Numbered from the stretch's first letter, positions 34,955 to 46,328 are shown. The stretch is 59,593 bases of DNA from Octopus bimaculoides (GCF_001194135.2 NC_069008.1:13080158-13139750), one strand, 5' to 3'. The notes: generated from the sequence alone by a model not told the origin. Numbers and translations: made by a program.

Positions 34955-35637
34955 GCTGGTCTGCTTGGTATTCATGCTGGTTTCTCTGGTATGAATGTTT
35001 CAGAGTGTTTGGGTGTCAGTCTGGGAACATGTACCAAGAGTGATAAAAATCATACATCCAGTCAACATCGCTAGTGATGGTGATGTTATGCCTCCATTCA
35101 TCTTCCCACACGGCCTCAGACTCAACATAGAGGCCTATATCAAGTGCCTGGAGGAGGTAGTGCTGCCCTGGGTCAAGAGGGTGGCTGCTGGAAGACTGTG
35201 TCTGGCAACAGGGCTCTGCACCATGACACACAAGCAGGGGAACCCAGTCATGGCCGTCAGACAATTTATGCAACCACATCACCCCTAACATCTGGCCACC
35301 TAACTCCCCAGACTGCAAACCCTTTTATTATTATGTGTGGGGCACAGTTGAGTGAGATGCCATCAAAACCCCTTCTAACACCAAAGATGAAATGAAGGCA
35401 ACAACTATGGCAGCATCCACCAACTTAAACAAGGAGACCATCCAGAAGAGTTGCAGGAGATACCGAAGTCGTCTGGAGGCTAAGGTTGAAGCCAATGAAG
35501 ATTTTATTGAATAACTTTACTTTTGAGTATTTCAAGACATTTTTATGTAATTTTGGTAAATGTATCTGTTAAAATGAGATGTCTGTGTTATTTTCATCTT
35601 TCATAATTTAGAAGACTGTTTATTCACTGCACCCTAT
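34955..35637 (+). mobile_element. Tc1/mariner-superfamily DD37D-type transposase remnant
   Basis: DGDVMPPFIFPHGLRLN...QQ(G)SAP*H...WPPNSPDCKPF(Y)YYVWG has 37 residues between the two mutated Asp positions. Ends ttattcactgcaccctata. Confidence 0.75.
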
Positions 35638-35661
35638 ATATGTATGTATATATACCTATAG

Positions 35662-35968
35662 TGAAGGCGCAACCATGAGGTTGTGAGTTCAAATCTTTGA
35701 CCAGGCTGCGTGTTGTGTTCTTGAGCAAGACACTTTATTTCACGTTGCTCCAGTTCACTCAGCTGTAGAAATGAGTTGCGACATCACTGGTGCCAAGCTG
35801 TATCGGCCCCTTTGCCTTTCCCTTGGATAACATCAGTGGCATGGAGAGATGAGGCTGGTATGCATGGGCAACTGCTGGTCTTCCATAAACAACCTTGCCT
35901 GGACTTGTGCATCGGAGGGTAACTTTCTGGGTGCAATCCCATGGTCATTCATGACCAAAGGGGGTCTC
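35662..35968 (+). mobile_element. SINE-E (CORE-like), nearly full body
   Basis: tgttgtgttcttgagcaagacactttatttcacgttgctccagttcactcagctgtagaaatgag...catgaccaaagggggtct. Confidence 0.8.
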
Positions 35969-35996
35969 CACATATATATATATATATATATATATA

Positions 35997-36337
35997 TGTA
36001 GGAAATTGGTTATACACCATTAGGTGTATACCCACTTCCGTACATTAAATTCGGAATAAACAACGTAACGCAGAACGCAGAACTATCAACACAACAATAT
36101 TTATTTATGGAGGAAAATAGGCAGCTTTAATCTTGGTTGCTGAGACGCCTTCTGTGAGAGAGCATGGTTGCTGAGACGCTGGAATGTTATTGTGAGCTGT
36201 CCCCAGAGTTGGAATGTTGGAGAGACAGCTTGACATGACCATGCTCATGGCCGCCCGGCCGGGAAAAGAGAAAGAATCAGGGCACCAAACTTGGATATTG
36301 ATGACTACGCATGCGCATGAGACAAGGCGTTACTACA
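35997..36337. mobile_element. Probable solo LTR in a (TA)n tract
   Basis: Termini TGTAG...CTACA, ATATA on both flanks, 341 bp, CpG-richer than its surroundings, AATAAA on both strands. Confidence 0.6.
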
Positions 36338-36589
36338 ATATATATATATATATTAATATTGATTTCAAATTTTGTCACAAGGCTAGCAATTTTGGGGAGG
36401 AGTTAAGTCGATTACATTAACCCCAGTACTCAACTGGTACTTACTTTATCGACTCCAAAAGATGAAAAGCAAAATCAACCTCTGTGAAATTTGAACTCAG
36501 AACGTGAAGAAAGATTAAATACCAGTATCTGGTGTTTAAAGAAATAAAAAAAAATTTAAGGAAAATAATAACAAGGGGAGATAAATAAA

Positions 36590-36760
36590 TAAACTTACCT
36601 AGACTTTGGCTACAGCCATCAAAAAGTGAACAAAAGTTTTTTCCTTTCGTACGGAATTCCTCCATATAAATTCATGTAAATATGAAACGAATAAATTGTC
36701 TGACATTCTAAATTGACGTAATTTTCTTTTTACACGCATCCACATTTTAGAGAATGGGAA
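36590..36760 (-). mobile_element. Second Merlin/IS1595-like transposase C-terminal fragment
   Basis: WMRVKRKLRQFRMSDNLFVSYLHEFIWRNSVRKEKTFVHF; nucleotide match to about 5990-6120. Confidence 0.6.
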
Positions 36761-37372
36761 CCTAATTATTTCCCCTTTAATTTTTATTTACTTCTTTATT
36801 CATCAGATCCTGATAGATTGAGTCGATTTGTTCGACTAAAATTCTTCAACACGGTGCTCCAGACTATGGCCATAGTCTAATGGCTGAAACAAGTAAAAGA
36901 ACTGTTGATTACAAGTGAAGGAACAGATCGATGCGGCACTTCTACTGGCTTTACGTTCTGAGTTCAAATTCCGCTGATGTTGGCTTAGCCTTCCATCTTC
37001 CCCACAAAGTTTTGAAACCAGAAAAAATTATTGCAGTCGTTTTCTTAATTTAATTTTGCTAGGGATTTTTAACTTGTGTCACCGGCGTAATTTTTAGAGA
37101 AGCAAAAATTGTCTATGTCACCGTCTTCTTGCGGTCAGGGCAATCAGAGGAATGTTTTGGTTCTGAACTTGCTCGGTTCCGCTTTAAGTCTGAATCATTT
37201 ATCATTTGAACATTATTACTTAACGATGAACATTCTAGTGGCAAGTAGAGAAACCGTATTATAATCACACACATTTCCCAACTTTTAATACTTTCCGGAG
37301 AATTACTATGGAAGGTGTTATTTGCTTGGACACTTCTAACACAAATGTTTTTAACGATACACTGACGAGGAA

Positions 37373-38773
37373 ATGTTACATGTTGAGACATTAACCAAAC
37401 AAAGATCATTACAGGGCAATATTACCAAATATCGCTGTGGGACTTGTAAGAAGATGTTCTCTTCGGAACAGGAGTGCTTCGTACACAAAGAAATACACAA
37501 CAAGGAAACTCCTTTCCAGTGCAAAATCTGTGGGAAATATTTTGTTTCTAGCTGTAATTTAATAAGACACAAGAGAAGGCATTCTGGACAAAAACCATTC
37601 CATTGTAAAATATGCGGAAAGTCCTTCGTCTCTAGCAGCGATTTAACAGAACACAAAAGAATCCACACCGGAGAAAAACCTTATAATTGTAAAATATGTG
37701 GTAAATCTTTCATTCAAAGCTCACATCTTGCAGTTCACAAAAGAATACATACTGGACAGAGAAAGTTCTCCTGTGAAATGTGTGGGAAATCTTTCGTCAG
37801 TAACAGCAATTTATACAGACACAAAATGACACACGTTACAGAAACCCCGTTTCAGTGTGAAACGTGCGGTAAATCATTCTCTGATAATTCTACTCTTGTT
37901 GTTCACAAACGTAGTCACACCGGAGAGAAACCGTTTCATTGTGAAATATGCGGGAAATCGTTTATTACTAACGGTCATTTAACGAGTCACAAAAGAGTCC
38001 ACACGGGAGAAAAACCATTCCGCTGTGAAACGTGTGGAAAATCTTTTACCACGAACAGTAACTTGAAAACACATAAGATAATACACACTGGAGAAAAATC
38101 GTTTCATTGTGACATATGCGGCAAGTCGTTTATTAATAATTCGAATCTCATTATTCACAAACGGAGTCATACTGGAGAGAAACCCTATCGTTGCGATGTG
38201 TGTCGTAAAGCATTTGTCTCTAATAGTGTTTTAAACAAACACAAACTATTACACATTGAAAAAAAACCTTTCCACTGCAAAATATGTAGGAAATCATTCT
38301 CTGATATTTATAGTCTTGGATCTCATCAAAGAATCCACACTGGNNNNNNNNNNNNNNNNNNNNNNNNNNNNNNNNNNNNNNNNNNNNNNNNNNNNNNNNN
38401 NNNNNNNNNNNNNNNNNNNNNNNNNNNNNNNNNNNNNNNNNNNNNNNNNNNNNNNNNNNNNNNNNNNNNNNNNNNNNNNNNNNNNNNNNNNNNNNNNNNN
38501 NNNNNNNNNNNNNNNNNNNNNNNNNNNNNNNNNNNNNNNNNNNNNNNNNNNNNNNNNNNNNNNNNNNNNNNNNNNNNNNNNNNNNNNNNNNNNNNNNNNN
38601 NNNNNNNNNNNNNNNNNNNNNNNNNNNNNNNNNNNNNNNNNNNNNNNNNNNNNNNNNNNNNNNNNNNNNNNNNNNNNNNNNNNNNNNNNNNNNNNNNNNN
38701 NNNNNNNNNNNNNNNNNNNNNNNNNNNNNNNNNNNNNNNNNNNNNNNNNAGACACAAACAAATACATACTTGA
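37373..38773 (+). CDS. ZNF-5: divergent C2H2 zinc-finger protein, 11 fingers before a 406-N gap, final finger end after it
   Basis: [20 protein letters not shown]-type fingers; ends RHKQIHT*. The frame across the gap and the true start are uncertain. Confidence 0.85.
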   Translation: MLHVETLTKQRSLQGNITKYRCGTCKKMFSSEQECFVHKEIHNKETPFQCKICGKYFVSSCNLIRHKRRHSGQKPFHCKICGKSFVSSSDLTEHKRIHTGEKPYNCKICGKSFIQSSHLAVHKRIHTGQRKFSCEMCGKSFVSNSNLYRHKMTHVTETPFQCETCGKSFSDNSTLVVHKRSHTGEKPFHCEICGKSFITNGHLTSHKRVHTGEKPFRCETCGKSFTTNSNLKTHKIIHTGEKSFHCDICGKSFINNSNLIIHKRSHTGEKPYRCDVCRKAFVSNSVLNKHKLLHIEKKPFHCKICRKSFSDIYSLGSHQRIHTXXXXXXXXXXXXXXXXXXXXXXXXXXXXXXXXXXXXXXXXXXXXXXXXXXXXXXXXXXXXXXXXXXXXXXXXXXXXXXXXXXXXXXXXXXXXXXXXXXXXXXXXXXXXXXXXXXXXXXXXXXXXXXXXXXXXXXXXRHKQIHT

Positions 38774-38994
38774 AGGAAATCTTTCAACGGTGAAACATGA
38801 GAATCACTTTTCTTGAAAATCTTAACTTGTCCACCAACAAGTACACATTAGGGAACATCTGTCATGGTGAAATATATCAGAAACCACCACTCTTGATTTT
38901 TTTTTTTTCCATCTTGATGTTTAAGTAAAGTAAAGTTTCTTCCCGAGTCCTAGACTCATAGGGCCAGTTTCCTGGTTTCTATGGTGGTGATATG

Positions 38995-39416
38995 ATGTGC
39001 TTGAGAAGACCCATCAAGCCGAGTGAAGTCATAGTCATGGCCTGTGAAAAGCCCCTTTCAAGCGTTGGGCCTCACAGAGGCAAAGCAGCCAATGCTAGTG
39101 GCATGTGAAAAGCTCCTTTCGTGTGTTGGGCCTCACGGAGACAATGATGAATAACTGAGACCTTGGCATTACGTCGTGCTTGAGAAAACCCATCAAGTCA
39201 AGTAAAATCAGATGCTGGTGTTGTGCAAATGGCCCCTGTGCTGGTGGTACATAATAGCACCCATTACACTCTCGGAATGGGTGGCATTAGGAAGGGCATC
39301 CAGCTGTAGATACCATGCCAAATCAAACTGGAGTCTGGTGCAGGCTTCCAGCATGCCAGCCCTGGTCAAACCGCCTGACCCATGCCAGCATGGACAAGGA
39401 ACATTAAATGATGATA
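38995..39416 (+). mobile_element. Older RTE 3' UTR with repeated ggcctcac(a/g)gag subunits
   Basis: gcttgagaagacccatcaagcc... twice, then ggaagggcatccagctgtag and a tail ending attaaatgatgat. Confidence 0.75.
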
Positions 39417-39471
39417 TATTCCCTACCTGGATGGGATGCAGTTCGTTGCAGGATTACTCATTTTTACCAGA

Positions 39472-39600
39472 TGAGTGGACTGGAGCAATGTGAAATGAAG
39501 TGTTTTGCTCAAGAACACAATGCATTGCCTGGTCCAGAAATCGAAACCACAATCTTATAATCATGAGTCCAACGCTGTAGCCACTAAGCCATGTCCCTCC
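39472..39600 (-). mobile_element. SINE-E head fragment
   Basis: Reverse complement of the head and CORE-like block (gtgttcttgagcaaaacacttcatttcacattgctccag). Confidence 0.65.
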
Positions 39601-39896
39601 ATCTTGATGTTTACAAATACGTTATTGTTTGGCCTCGTGGTTAGGGTGTTGCATTCAAGATTGTGGTTATCAGACTGGATTGTGCTTTCTGTTCTTGAGT
39701 GAGACCTTTCATCTCGTGTTGTTCTATGATCACTTCTACATCTGACATGAGCCCACCATGCTGCAGGCAGTGTCAATTTGATAGGGTGAGCTTAATGTGC
39801 AGTGCAAACATTTGGTCGCTATAAGCAGGTCATCTGTGTGGTTCTTCAGCAAGAAATTGCAGAACTGGCTCAGATTCAAGAGACTAACATTATTAT

Positions 39897-40075
39897 TAAG
39901 GTAGCAAGCTGGCAGAATCGTTATCATGCTGGGGAAAATGCTTAGTAGCATTTTGTCCATCTTTAAATTCTGAGTTTAAATGCCACTGAGGTTGACTTTG
40001 CCTTTAATCTTTTCAGGGTTGATAAAACAAGTACTAGTTGAGCACTGGGGTCAACTTATCCACTCTCCTCAAATT
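39897..40075 (+). mobile_element. SINE-D
   Basis: gctggcagaatcgttatc...gaggttgactttgcctttaatcttttcagggttgataaaac. Confidence 0.7.
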
Positions 40076-40087
40076 CCAAACCTTCAG

Positions 40088-40446
40088 TGGCACGCAAATA
40101 GCACCATTTGAGCGTGATTGTTACCATCGTTGCCTTACTGGCACGTGAAAAAAACATTCGATCGAGGTCGTTGCCAGTGCTGCTGGACTGGCTCCTGTGC
40201 AGGTGGCACGTAAAAAACACCACTTTGAGCGTGGTCATTGCCAGTACCGCCTGACTGGCCCTCGTACCGGTGGCACGTAAAAGCACCCACTACACTCACG
40301 GAGTGGTTGGCGTTAGGAAGGGCATCCAGCTGTAGAAACTCTGCCAGATCAGATTGGAGCCTGGTGTAACCACCTGGTTCACCAGTCCTCAGTCAAATTG
40401 TTCAACCCATGCTAGCATGGAAGGCAGACGTTGAACGATGATGATG
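40088..40446 (+). mobile_element. RTE-LINE 3' tail with several hairpin subunits
   Basis: Multiple ggcacg(t/c)aaa units, then the conserved tail. Confidence 0.85.
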
Positions 40447-40475
40447 TGTCTATAGTAGAAAAGGATTATTATTAT

Positions 40476-40655
40476 TAAGGTGGCAAGCTTCTAAAATTGT
40501 CAGCTTGTTGGAGAAAATGCTTAGTAGTATTTCGCCTGTCTTTACATTCTAAGTTTAAATGCCACAGAGATTTCATCCTCCCAGGGTAGAGCTCTGGGGT
40601 CAATGTAATCAACTTATCCACTCCCCGGCCTTGTGCCAAAATTTGGAACCATTAT
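40476..40655 (+). mobile_element. SINE-D (diverged)
   Basis: aaatgcttagtagtatttcgcctgtctttacattctaagtttaaat...gccttgtgccaaaatttggaacc. Confidence 0.6.
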
Positions 40656-41382
40656 TATTACCTCCATTTTCAGTCATGTCTTTTTGACCATGGACAAGAT
40701 ATCTCCAAGATCGCCGGATGAATTCGGATCAAACTTTCAGGGATGTTTGGCCTTGTGACTGACACAAACTGATTAGATTTTGGGATCGATCCGGTACTGG
40801 ACAAGGATTCTGGATTACTTTTCCTGTTTTTTTTTTGCTTAAGTTTTGGGAGCGGTCAGGTTAATTTTTAGTATTCTCGTTTGTGAGAGCAGTTGAGTTT
40901 ATTTCAGATATTCTTGTTTTAAAAATCATCTCTGGCTAATCATTGAAAGGACGTTGGTGTTGCCTTGGCAGAGGTTTGCATTGTCTGTGTGCTCTTGTTA
41001 TTATTGTGATTATATTGTTTGAGAGAAACTGTTTTGCTAAAATATTTAAGAAGTCTATTTGTGAGTTATAAACTTGCAGTTGACATATGAATCCATACTG
41101 GACAAAGACTACTTCAATGTGAACTATGACAATGAAATCACTACGGTTAGTCTCACTTAGTGCAGTAATTGATGGTATTATTGCCAGCCCAAGCTTCCTC
41201 CCATTCAAGAACACACAATCTGAATAAATACAGAACTGCCCACCTCTCTGACTTTGGGTCTTTATCACTGTGTTAAAAAAAAATGCTTGTTTTTGTAGGG
41301 GAAATTTTCATTCTTCATTTTTGATAAGATATGAGAAAATGTTTTTTTTTTGTTAATTTTTATGTATTTATCTTTTATTTTC

Positions 41383-41584
41383 TTCTTTCAGTCATTAGAT
41401 TGCGGCCATACTGGGGCACTGCTCTGGAGAATTTTTAGTCGAATGCATCAACCCCAGGCCTTATTTTCCTTAAGCCTGGTGCTTATTCTATTGGTTCTCT
41501 TTTGCTGAACTGCTAGGTTACAGGGATGTAAATGCACTAACACTAGTTGTCAAGTGGTAGCAGGGGACAAGCACAGACACAAAG

Positions 41585-41617
<33 letters not shown>

Positions 41618-41742
41618 CATACATATGTCAGGCTTCTTTTCAGTTTCTGTCTACCAAATCCACTCACAAGGCTTTGGTTAGCCCGACACTATAGCAGAAG
41701 ATACATGCCCAAGGTGCCATGCTGTAGGACTGAACCCAGAAC
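41383..41742 (-). mobile_element. SINE-C
   Basis: Full head-to-tail reverse-complement match. Confidence 0.8.
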
Positions 41743-42157
41743 TATGTGGTTGAGAAGTAAACTTCGTATCACATAGCCACACCTGCAAATTTGTTGGGGA
41801 CATTTGCTTCTCAATCACTTTGCCCACTGGACTACTGGTAGATGTAGGCAAATAACCAAATCTTCCAAATGGGTAAAATTTTAGACTTATCAAAAATCAA
41901 GNNNNNNNNNNNNNNNNNNNNNNNNNNNNNNNNNNNNNNNNNNNNNNNNNNNNNNNNNNNNNNNNNNNNNNNNNNNNNNNNNNNNNNNNNNNNNNNNNNN
42001 NNNNNNNNNNNNNNNNNNNNNNNNNNNNNNNNNNNNNNNNNNNNNNNNNNNNNNNNNNNNNNNNNNNNNNNNNNNNNNNNNNNNNNNNNNNNNNNNNNNN
42101 NNNNNNNNNNNNNNNNNNNNNNNNNNNNNNNNNNNNNNNNAAAAAATATTTAGTTAC

Positions 42158-42510
42158 TCTTTTTCACTCTTTTACTTGTTTCAGTCATTTGACTGCGGCC
42201 ATGCTGGAGCACTGCCTTTTAGTTGAGCAAATCGACCCCAGGACTTATTCTTTGTAAGACAAGTCCTTATTCTGTCGGTCTCTTTTGCCGAACTGCTAGG
42301 TTATGGGGACGTAAACACGCCAGCATTGGTTGTCAAACGTTGTTGGGGGGGGGGCACAAACACAGACACACATACATATATATGACGGGCTTCTTTCAGT
42401 TTCCATCTACCAAATCCATTCACAAGGCTTTGGTCAGCCCGAGGCTATAATAGAAGACACTTGACCAAGATGCCATGCAGTGGGACTGAACCCGGAACCA
42501 TGTGGTTGTC
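42158..42510 (-). mobile_element. SINE-C (head truncated)
   Basis: tactcttttcactcttttacttgtttcagtc...gggactgaacccggaaccatgtggttg. Confidence 0.85.
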
Positions 42511-42699
42511 AATTTTAACAACAGAAATTTAATTTAAACCCTTGTTATCACGAATAATTTCATAGTTAAAATGGGTCAATTTCAATATTTTTGTTGGGAG
42601 ATGAAGGAAGGGTTTATTGGGGAAATTTGCTGAGAAATCAAGAAACTTGTGCATTTTTAGGAATAATATTTAGACATGAATGTGAAAATAACTTGAAAA

Positions 42700-42900
42700 T
42701 TGGGAGAGTCCTGCAAGTCTGGGTAAAATTGCTTATGGAAAACCAGCTGTCACCATTGCATGTCAGCCTCTCCTCTCCACAACACCAATATGATCCAAGG
42801 GAAAGCAAAGGTTGATACAGCTTAGCACCAGTGACGTCGGAACTCATTTTTGAAGCAACATGGCTCAAGAACACAACACACAGCCTGGTCTGGGAATCGA
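42700..42900 (-). mobile_element. SINE-E (diverged)
   Basis: Reverse complement of aaatgagttccgacgtcactggtgctaagctgtatcaacctttgc. Confidence 0.65.
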
Positions 42901-43027
42901 ACCTACACTAACATTCTAAAATAAAAAAGGATTACATTTGACAGAGTAATCTGAACACGAAAGGGTTAAATAGTTGCTTTGCAACAAAAAAGTTTAACAT
43001 TTTTTAATAGATATTAAGAAAGAATAT

Positions 43028-43534
43028 GTTGTTGTTGGCACGCCATTGCTTACGACGTCGAGGGTTCCAGTTGATCCAATCAACGGAAACAGCCTGCTCG
43101 TAAAATTAACATGCAAGTGGCTGAGCACTCCACAGACACGTGTACCCTTGGCGTAGTTCTCGGGGATATTCAGCGTGACACAGTGTGACAAGGCTGGCCC
43201 TTTGAATTAAAGGCACGACAGAAACAGGAAGTAAGAGTGAGAGAACGTTGTGNNNNNNNNNNACGTGTACCCTTGGCGTAGTTCTCGGGGATATTCAGCG
43301 TGACACAGTGTGACAAGGCTGGCCCTTTGAATTAAAGGCACGACAGAAACAGGAAGTAAGAGTGAGAGAACGTTGTGGTGGAAGAGTACAGCAGGGTTTG
43401 CCACCATCCCCTGCCGGAGCCTTGTGGAGCTTTAGGTGTTTTCGCTCAATAAACACTCACAACTCTGGGAATTGAAACTGCGATCCTCCGACCGCGAATC
43501 CGCTGCTCTAACCACTGGGCCGTTGCGCTTCCAC
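43028..43534 (-). mobile_element. SINE-A with 13-bp TSD TAAGAAAGAATAT (115 bp duplicated artefactually around a 10-N gap)
   Basis: TSD at 43015-43027 and 43535-43547. Confidence 0.9.
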
Positions 43535-43684
43535 TAAGAAAGAATATATATCATGCACAACCTACAAAAACACCCAGAGAGAAAAAGACCCCATCAAGTC
43601 GAGGAATGACATTATAATTATCACTCAGCTGTTAACTAATCAAAACCGGTTTTCATTGATACCAGTTTCAGTGTCTGCCATTTT

Positions 43685-43938
43685 TTTATTCTTTTACCCG
43701 TTTCAGTCATTATTTGACTGGCCATGCTGGAGCATCACCTTTAGTCGAACAAATCGACCCCAGGACTTATTCTTTGTAAGCCTGGTACTTGTTCTATCGG
43801 TCTCTTTTTCCAAACCACTAAGTTATGGGGGACATAAACACACCAACATCGGTTGTTAAGCGATGTTGTGGGGAAAAACACAAATGTATACATATATATG
43901 TAAACAAAACAGAAACTGAAAGAAGCCCATCATATATG

Positions 43939-43969
<31 letters not shown>

Positions 43970-44006
43970 CTGTGTTTGTTCCCCCACCATCGCTTGACAA
44001 GCGATG

Positions 44007-44041
<35 letters not shown>

Positions 44042-44197
44042 CGATGGGCTTCTTTCAGTTTCTGTCTACCAAATTGACTCACAAGGCTTTGGTCGGCCCG
44101 AGGCTACAATAGAAAACACACGCCCACGGTGCCACGCAGTGTGACTGAACCTGGAACCTTGCGGTTGGGAAGCAAGCTTGTTACCACACAGCCATGC
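43685..44197 (-). mobile_element. SINE-C with an internal inverted duplication
   Basis: Minus tail 43685-43900, plus-strand internal segment 43911-44005, minus head 44040-44197. Confidence 0.8.
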
Positions 44198-44534
44198 TTG
44201 TGCCATATTATGAGTCAAATGTTTACATCCTGTCTTGCAGTAAGGCCACTGTTTTCTCTTTTCTGCATTAACTTCAGGATCACTGGAAATCCACAATCTG
44301 CTAATTGTGTCAAGAAGATAAGCATAGCATTTTGACTGATTTTGTGTGATAGGATTAGTTCAAACTAATCGTATGATTTTTATGACAGCCTTCCAGCTCC
44401 AAGTCATCCAGAGATCTAAGTCTGAAACATCAATTATCTCCCTGCCATGACCATGAACCTTGTGTAAAGTTGGTGTAATATTCTTTTCTACTCTAGGCAC
44501 AAGGCCCGAAATTTTTGGGGAGACATCTTGATTT

Positions 44535-45770
44535 TATTAAAATTATTGATGATTTGGTAGCTCAGTAGGTATGGGTGTTGCAAAGTGATAATATAACAAG
44601 TGGAGGTTTCAAATCTCTTCCAGGAATTACAAAGATTCTTATTAAATAACATTTTTATTTACGCAACCAAATTTCCCTCAGCAAAAAGATGTCTGTGTGA
44701 AGAAGGGGCCACAAAGCAGCTTTGACATAGTAACCAAATCTCCTCCAAATCTTTATAGTAAACCCAATAATTGAAATAAATTTAAATATCTTAATTTTCT
44801 TATAAAAATTGTTATTGCTTTCATAGTCCAATAGCTAAGGGTGTTTAGAAATGATAACAAAATACTCTAGTGGAGGTTTCAAATCTCTGCCAGAAATTAC
44901 AAGATGTCTTATTAAATATTTTTATCTAAGCAACCAAATTTTCATCAACAAAAAGATTGTGTGTAAAGAAGGGAGTCATAAAACAGCCTTGACATAGTAA
45001 CCAAATCTCATTCAACTCTTTGTAGTAAGCCCAGTAATTGAAATAAATTTAAGCATCTTCATTTTTGCAGTAGAATTGTTGTTGCTTTGGTGGCCTAACA
45101 GGTCAGGAAGTTTAGAAGTGGAGGTTTCAAATCTCTCCTAGAAATTACAAAAGACATTGTTAAATACTTTTATTTAAGCAATCAAATTTCACTCACCAAA
45201 AATATTGTGTGTGTGTGTGTGTGTGTGCAAAGAAGGGGCCACAAGGCAGCCTTCACATAGTAACCAGATCTCCCTCATATATTTATAGTAAATACAATAT
45301 TTGAAGTAAATTTAAGTATCTTAATTTTCTCATAAAAATTATTGCTGCTTTGGTGGCCCAGTAGGTAAGGGTGTTTAAAAGTAGTAACTAAGGCACAAGC
45401 GGAGGTTTCTAATCTCTGCCAGGAATTACAGGGTGGTCTTATTAAACATTTTCATTTTTTATCTCTAGAGAAAAAAGAAAATGAAAAATTGGGTAGGATT
45501 GAACACTGTCCAGCATGTTCAATGTGGCTGTCTAATTATGCCTCTACCCACGAGACCACCAAGACACCCAACATTAATGTAGTAAATTAAGAGATATTTA
45601 AATCTATCAACTAAAGATAAAAAACAAAAACTCATCACAGCTGTAGCTCAGTAATTAATCCCAAATTGGGGAGCTGTTTAGATGCCTTTGTAGGTAAGGA
45701 CATTGATTAGTAAGTAGGGATTTAATGCACTGGGAGAGGGTTTCAATCTGTAACTCTCCCAAGGAATTAC
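44535..45770 (+). repeat. Decayed tandem array of ~250-280-bp units, each with a tRNA-like A box/D-arm and B box/T-arm
   Basis: g(t/c)ggaggtttc(a/t)aatctct at 44600, 44870, 45118 and 45399, plus a degenerate fifth unit at about 45690-45770. A-box-like tagctcagtagg (44558) and tggcccagtagg (about 45354). Confidence 0.8.
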
Positions 45771-45839
45771 ATGAGCAGTGGAGTGCAGGGAGTAAATATT
45801 TTATTTTAAAAAATTTCAAATTTTTATAAACACCAAGGA

Positions 45840-45920
45840 TAGTGCTCCTGGAAGGGATTGAACCTTGCTCAGGATGTGTAATACAGCATGTGCAATTACC
45901 CACATGGCCACAAGGACAAC
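45840..45920 (-). other. Inverted tRNA-like head related to the array units (another at ~45490-45580)
   Basis: Reverse complement ccttgtggccatgtgggtaa...ggttcaatcccttccagga versus array ctttggtggcccagtaggtaa...ggtttctaatctctgccagga. Confidence 0.5.
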
Positions 45921-46255
45921 ATGTGTATATACATATATTTATGTATGTGTATATGCATAGATGTGCATACACGTGTACATGTGCATGTATGAGTGTGTAT
46001 ATATATATGCATGTGTATATATATGTAGGCGTGTGTGTGTATATGTGAATTGTATGTACATAAGCATAGATGCATATATGTATGTGCGACATTATATTCA
46101 TATGTACATATAAACATCCACATCTTATTAAAACCATTAGTGGATATACTTTTCTAGAAATGCTATTGTGTAGACACACTAATTCAATATTTCATTAACC
46201 AATTGATTAATATGGATCTATATTAATTTCATTAATAGGTTGTGAAGATTATGAA

Positions 46256-46256
<1 letters not shown>

Positions 46257-46325
<69 letters not shown>
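46257..46325. repeat. (TA)n microsatellite abutting the Penelope left end
   Basis: Direct reading. Confidence 0.95.

Positions 46326-46328
<3 letters not shown>

Noticed and set aside
43138-43377. 115-bp tandem duplication inside SINE-A
   Set aside because: Flanks a 10-N gap and is identical; assembly artefact.
44535-45470. CRISPR-like or functional tRNA interpretation of the tandem array
   Set aside because: Units are homologous along their whole length (no unique spacers), there are no cas genes, and acceptor and anticodon stems do not fold.
45655-46179. His/Tyr/Ile-rich ORFs
   Set aside because: Degenerate (TA/TG/CA)n low-complexity sequence.
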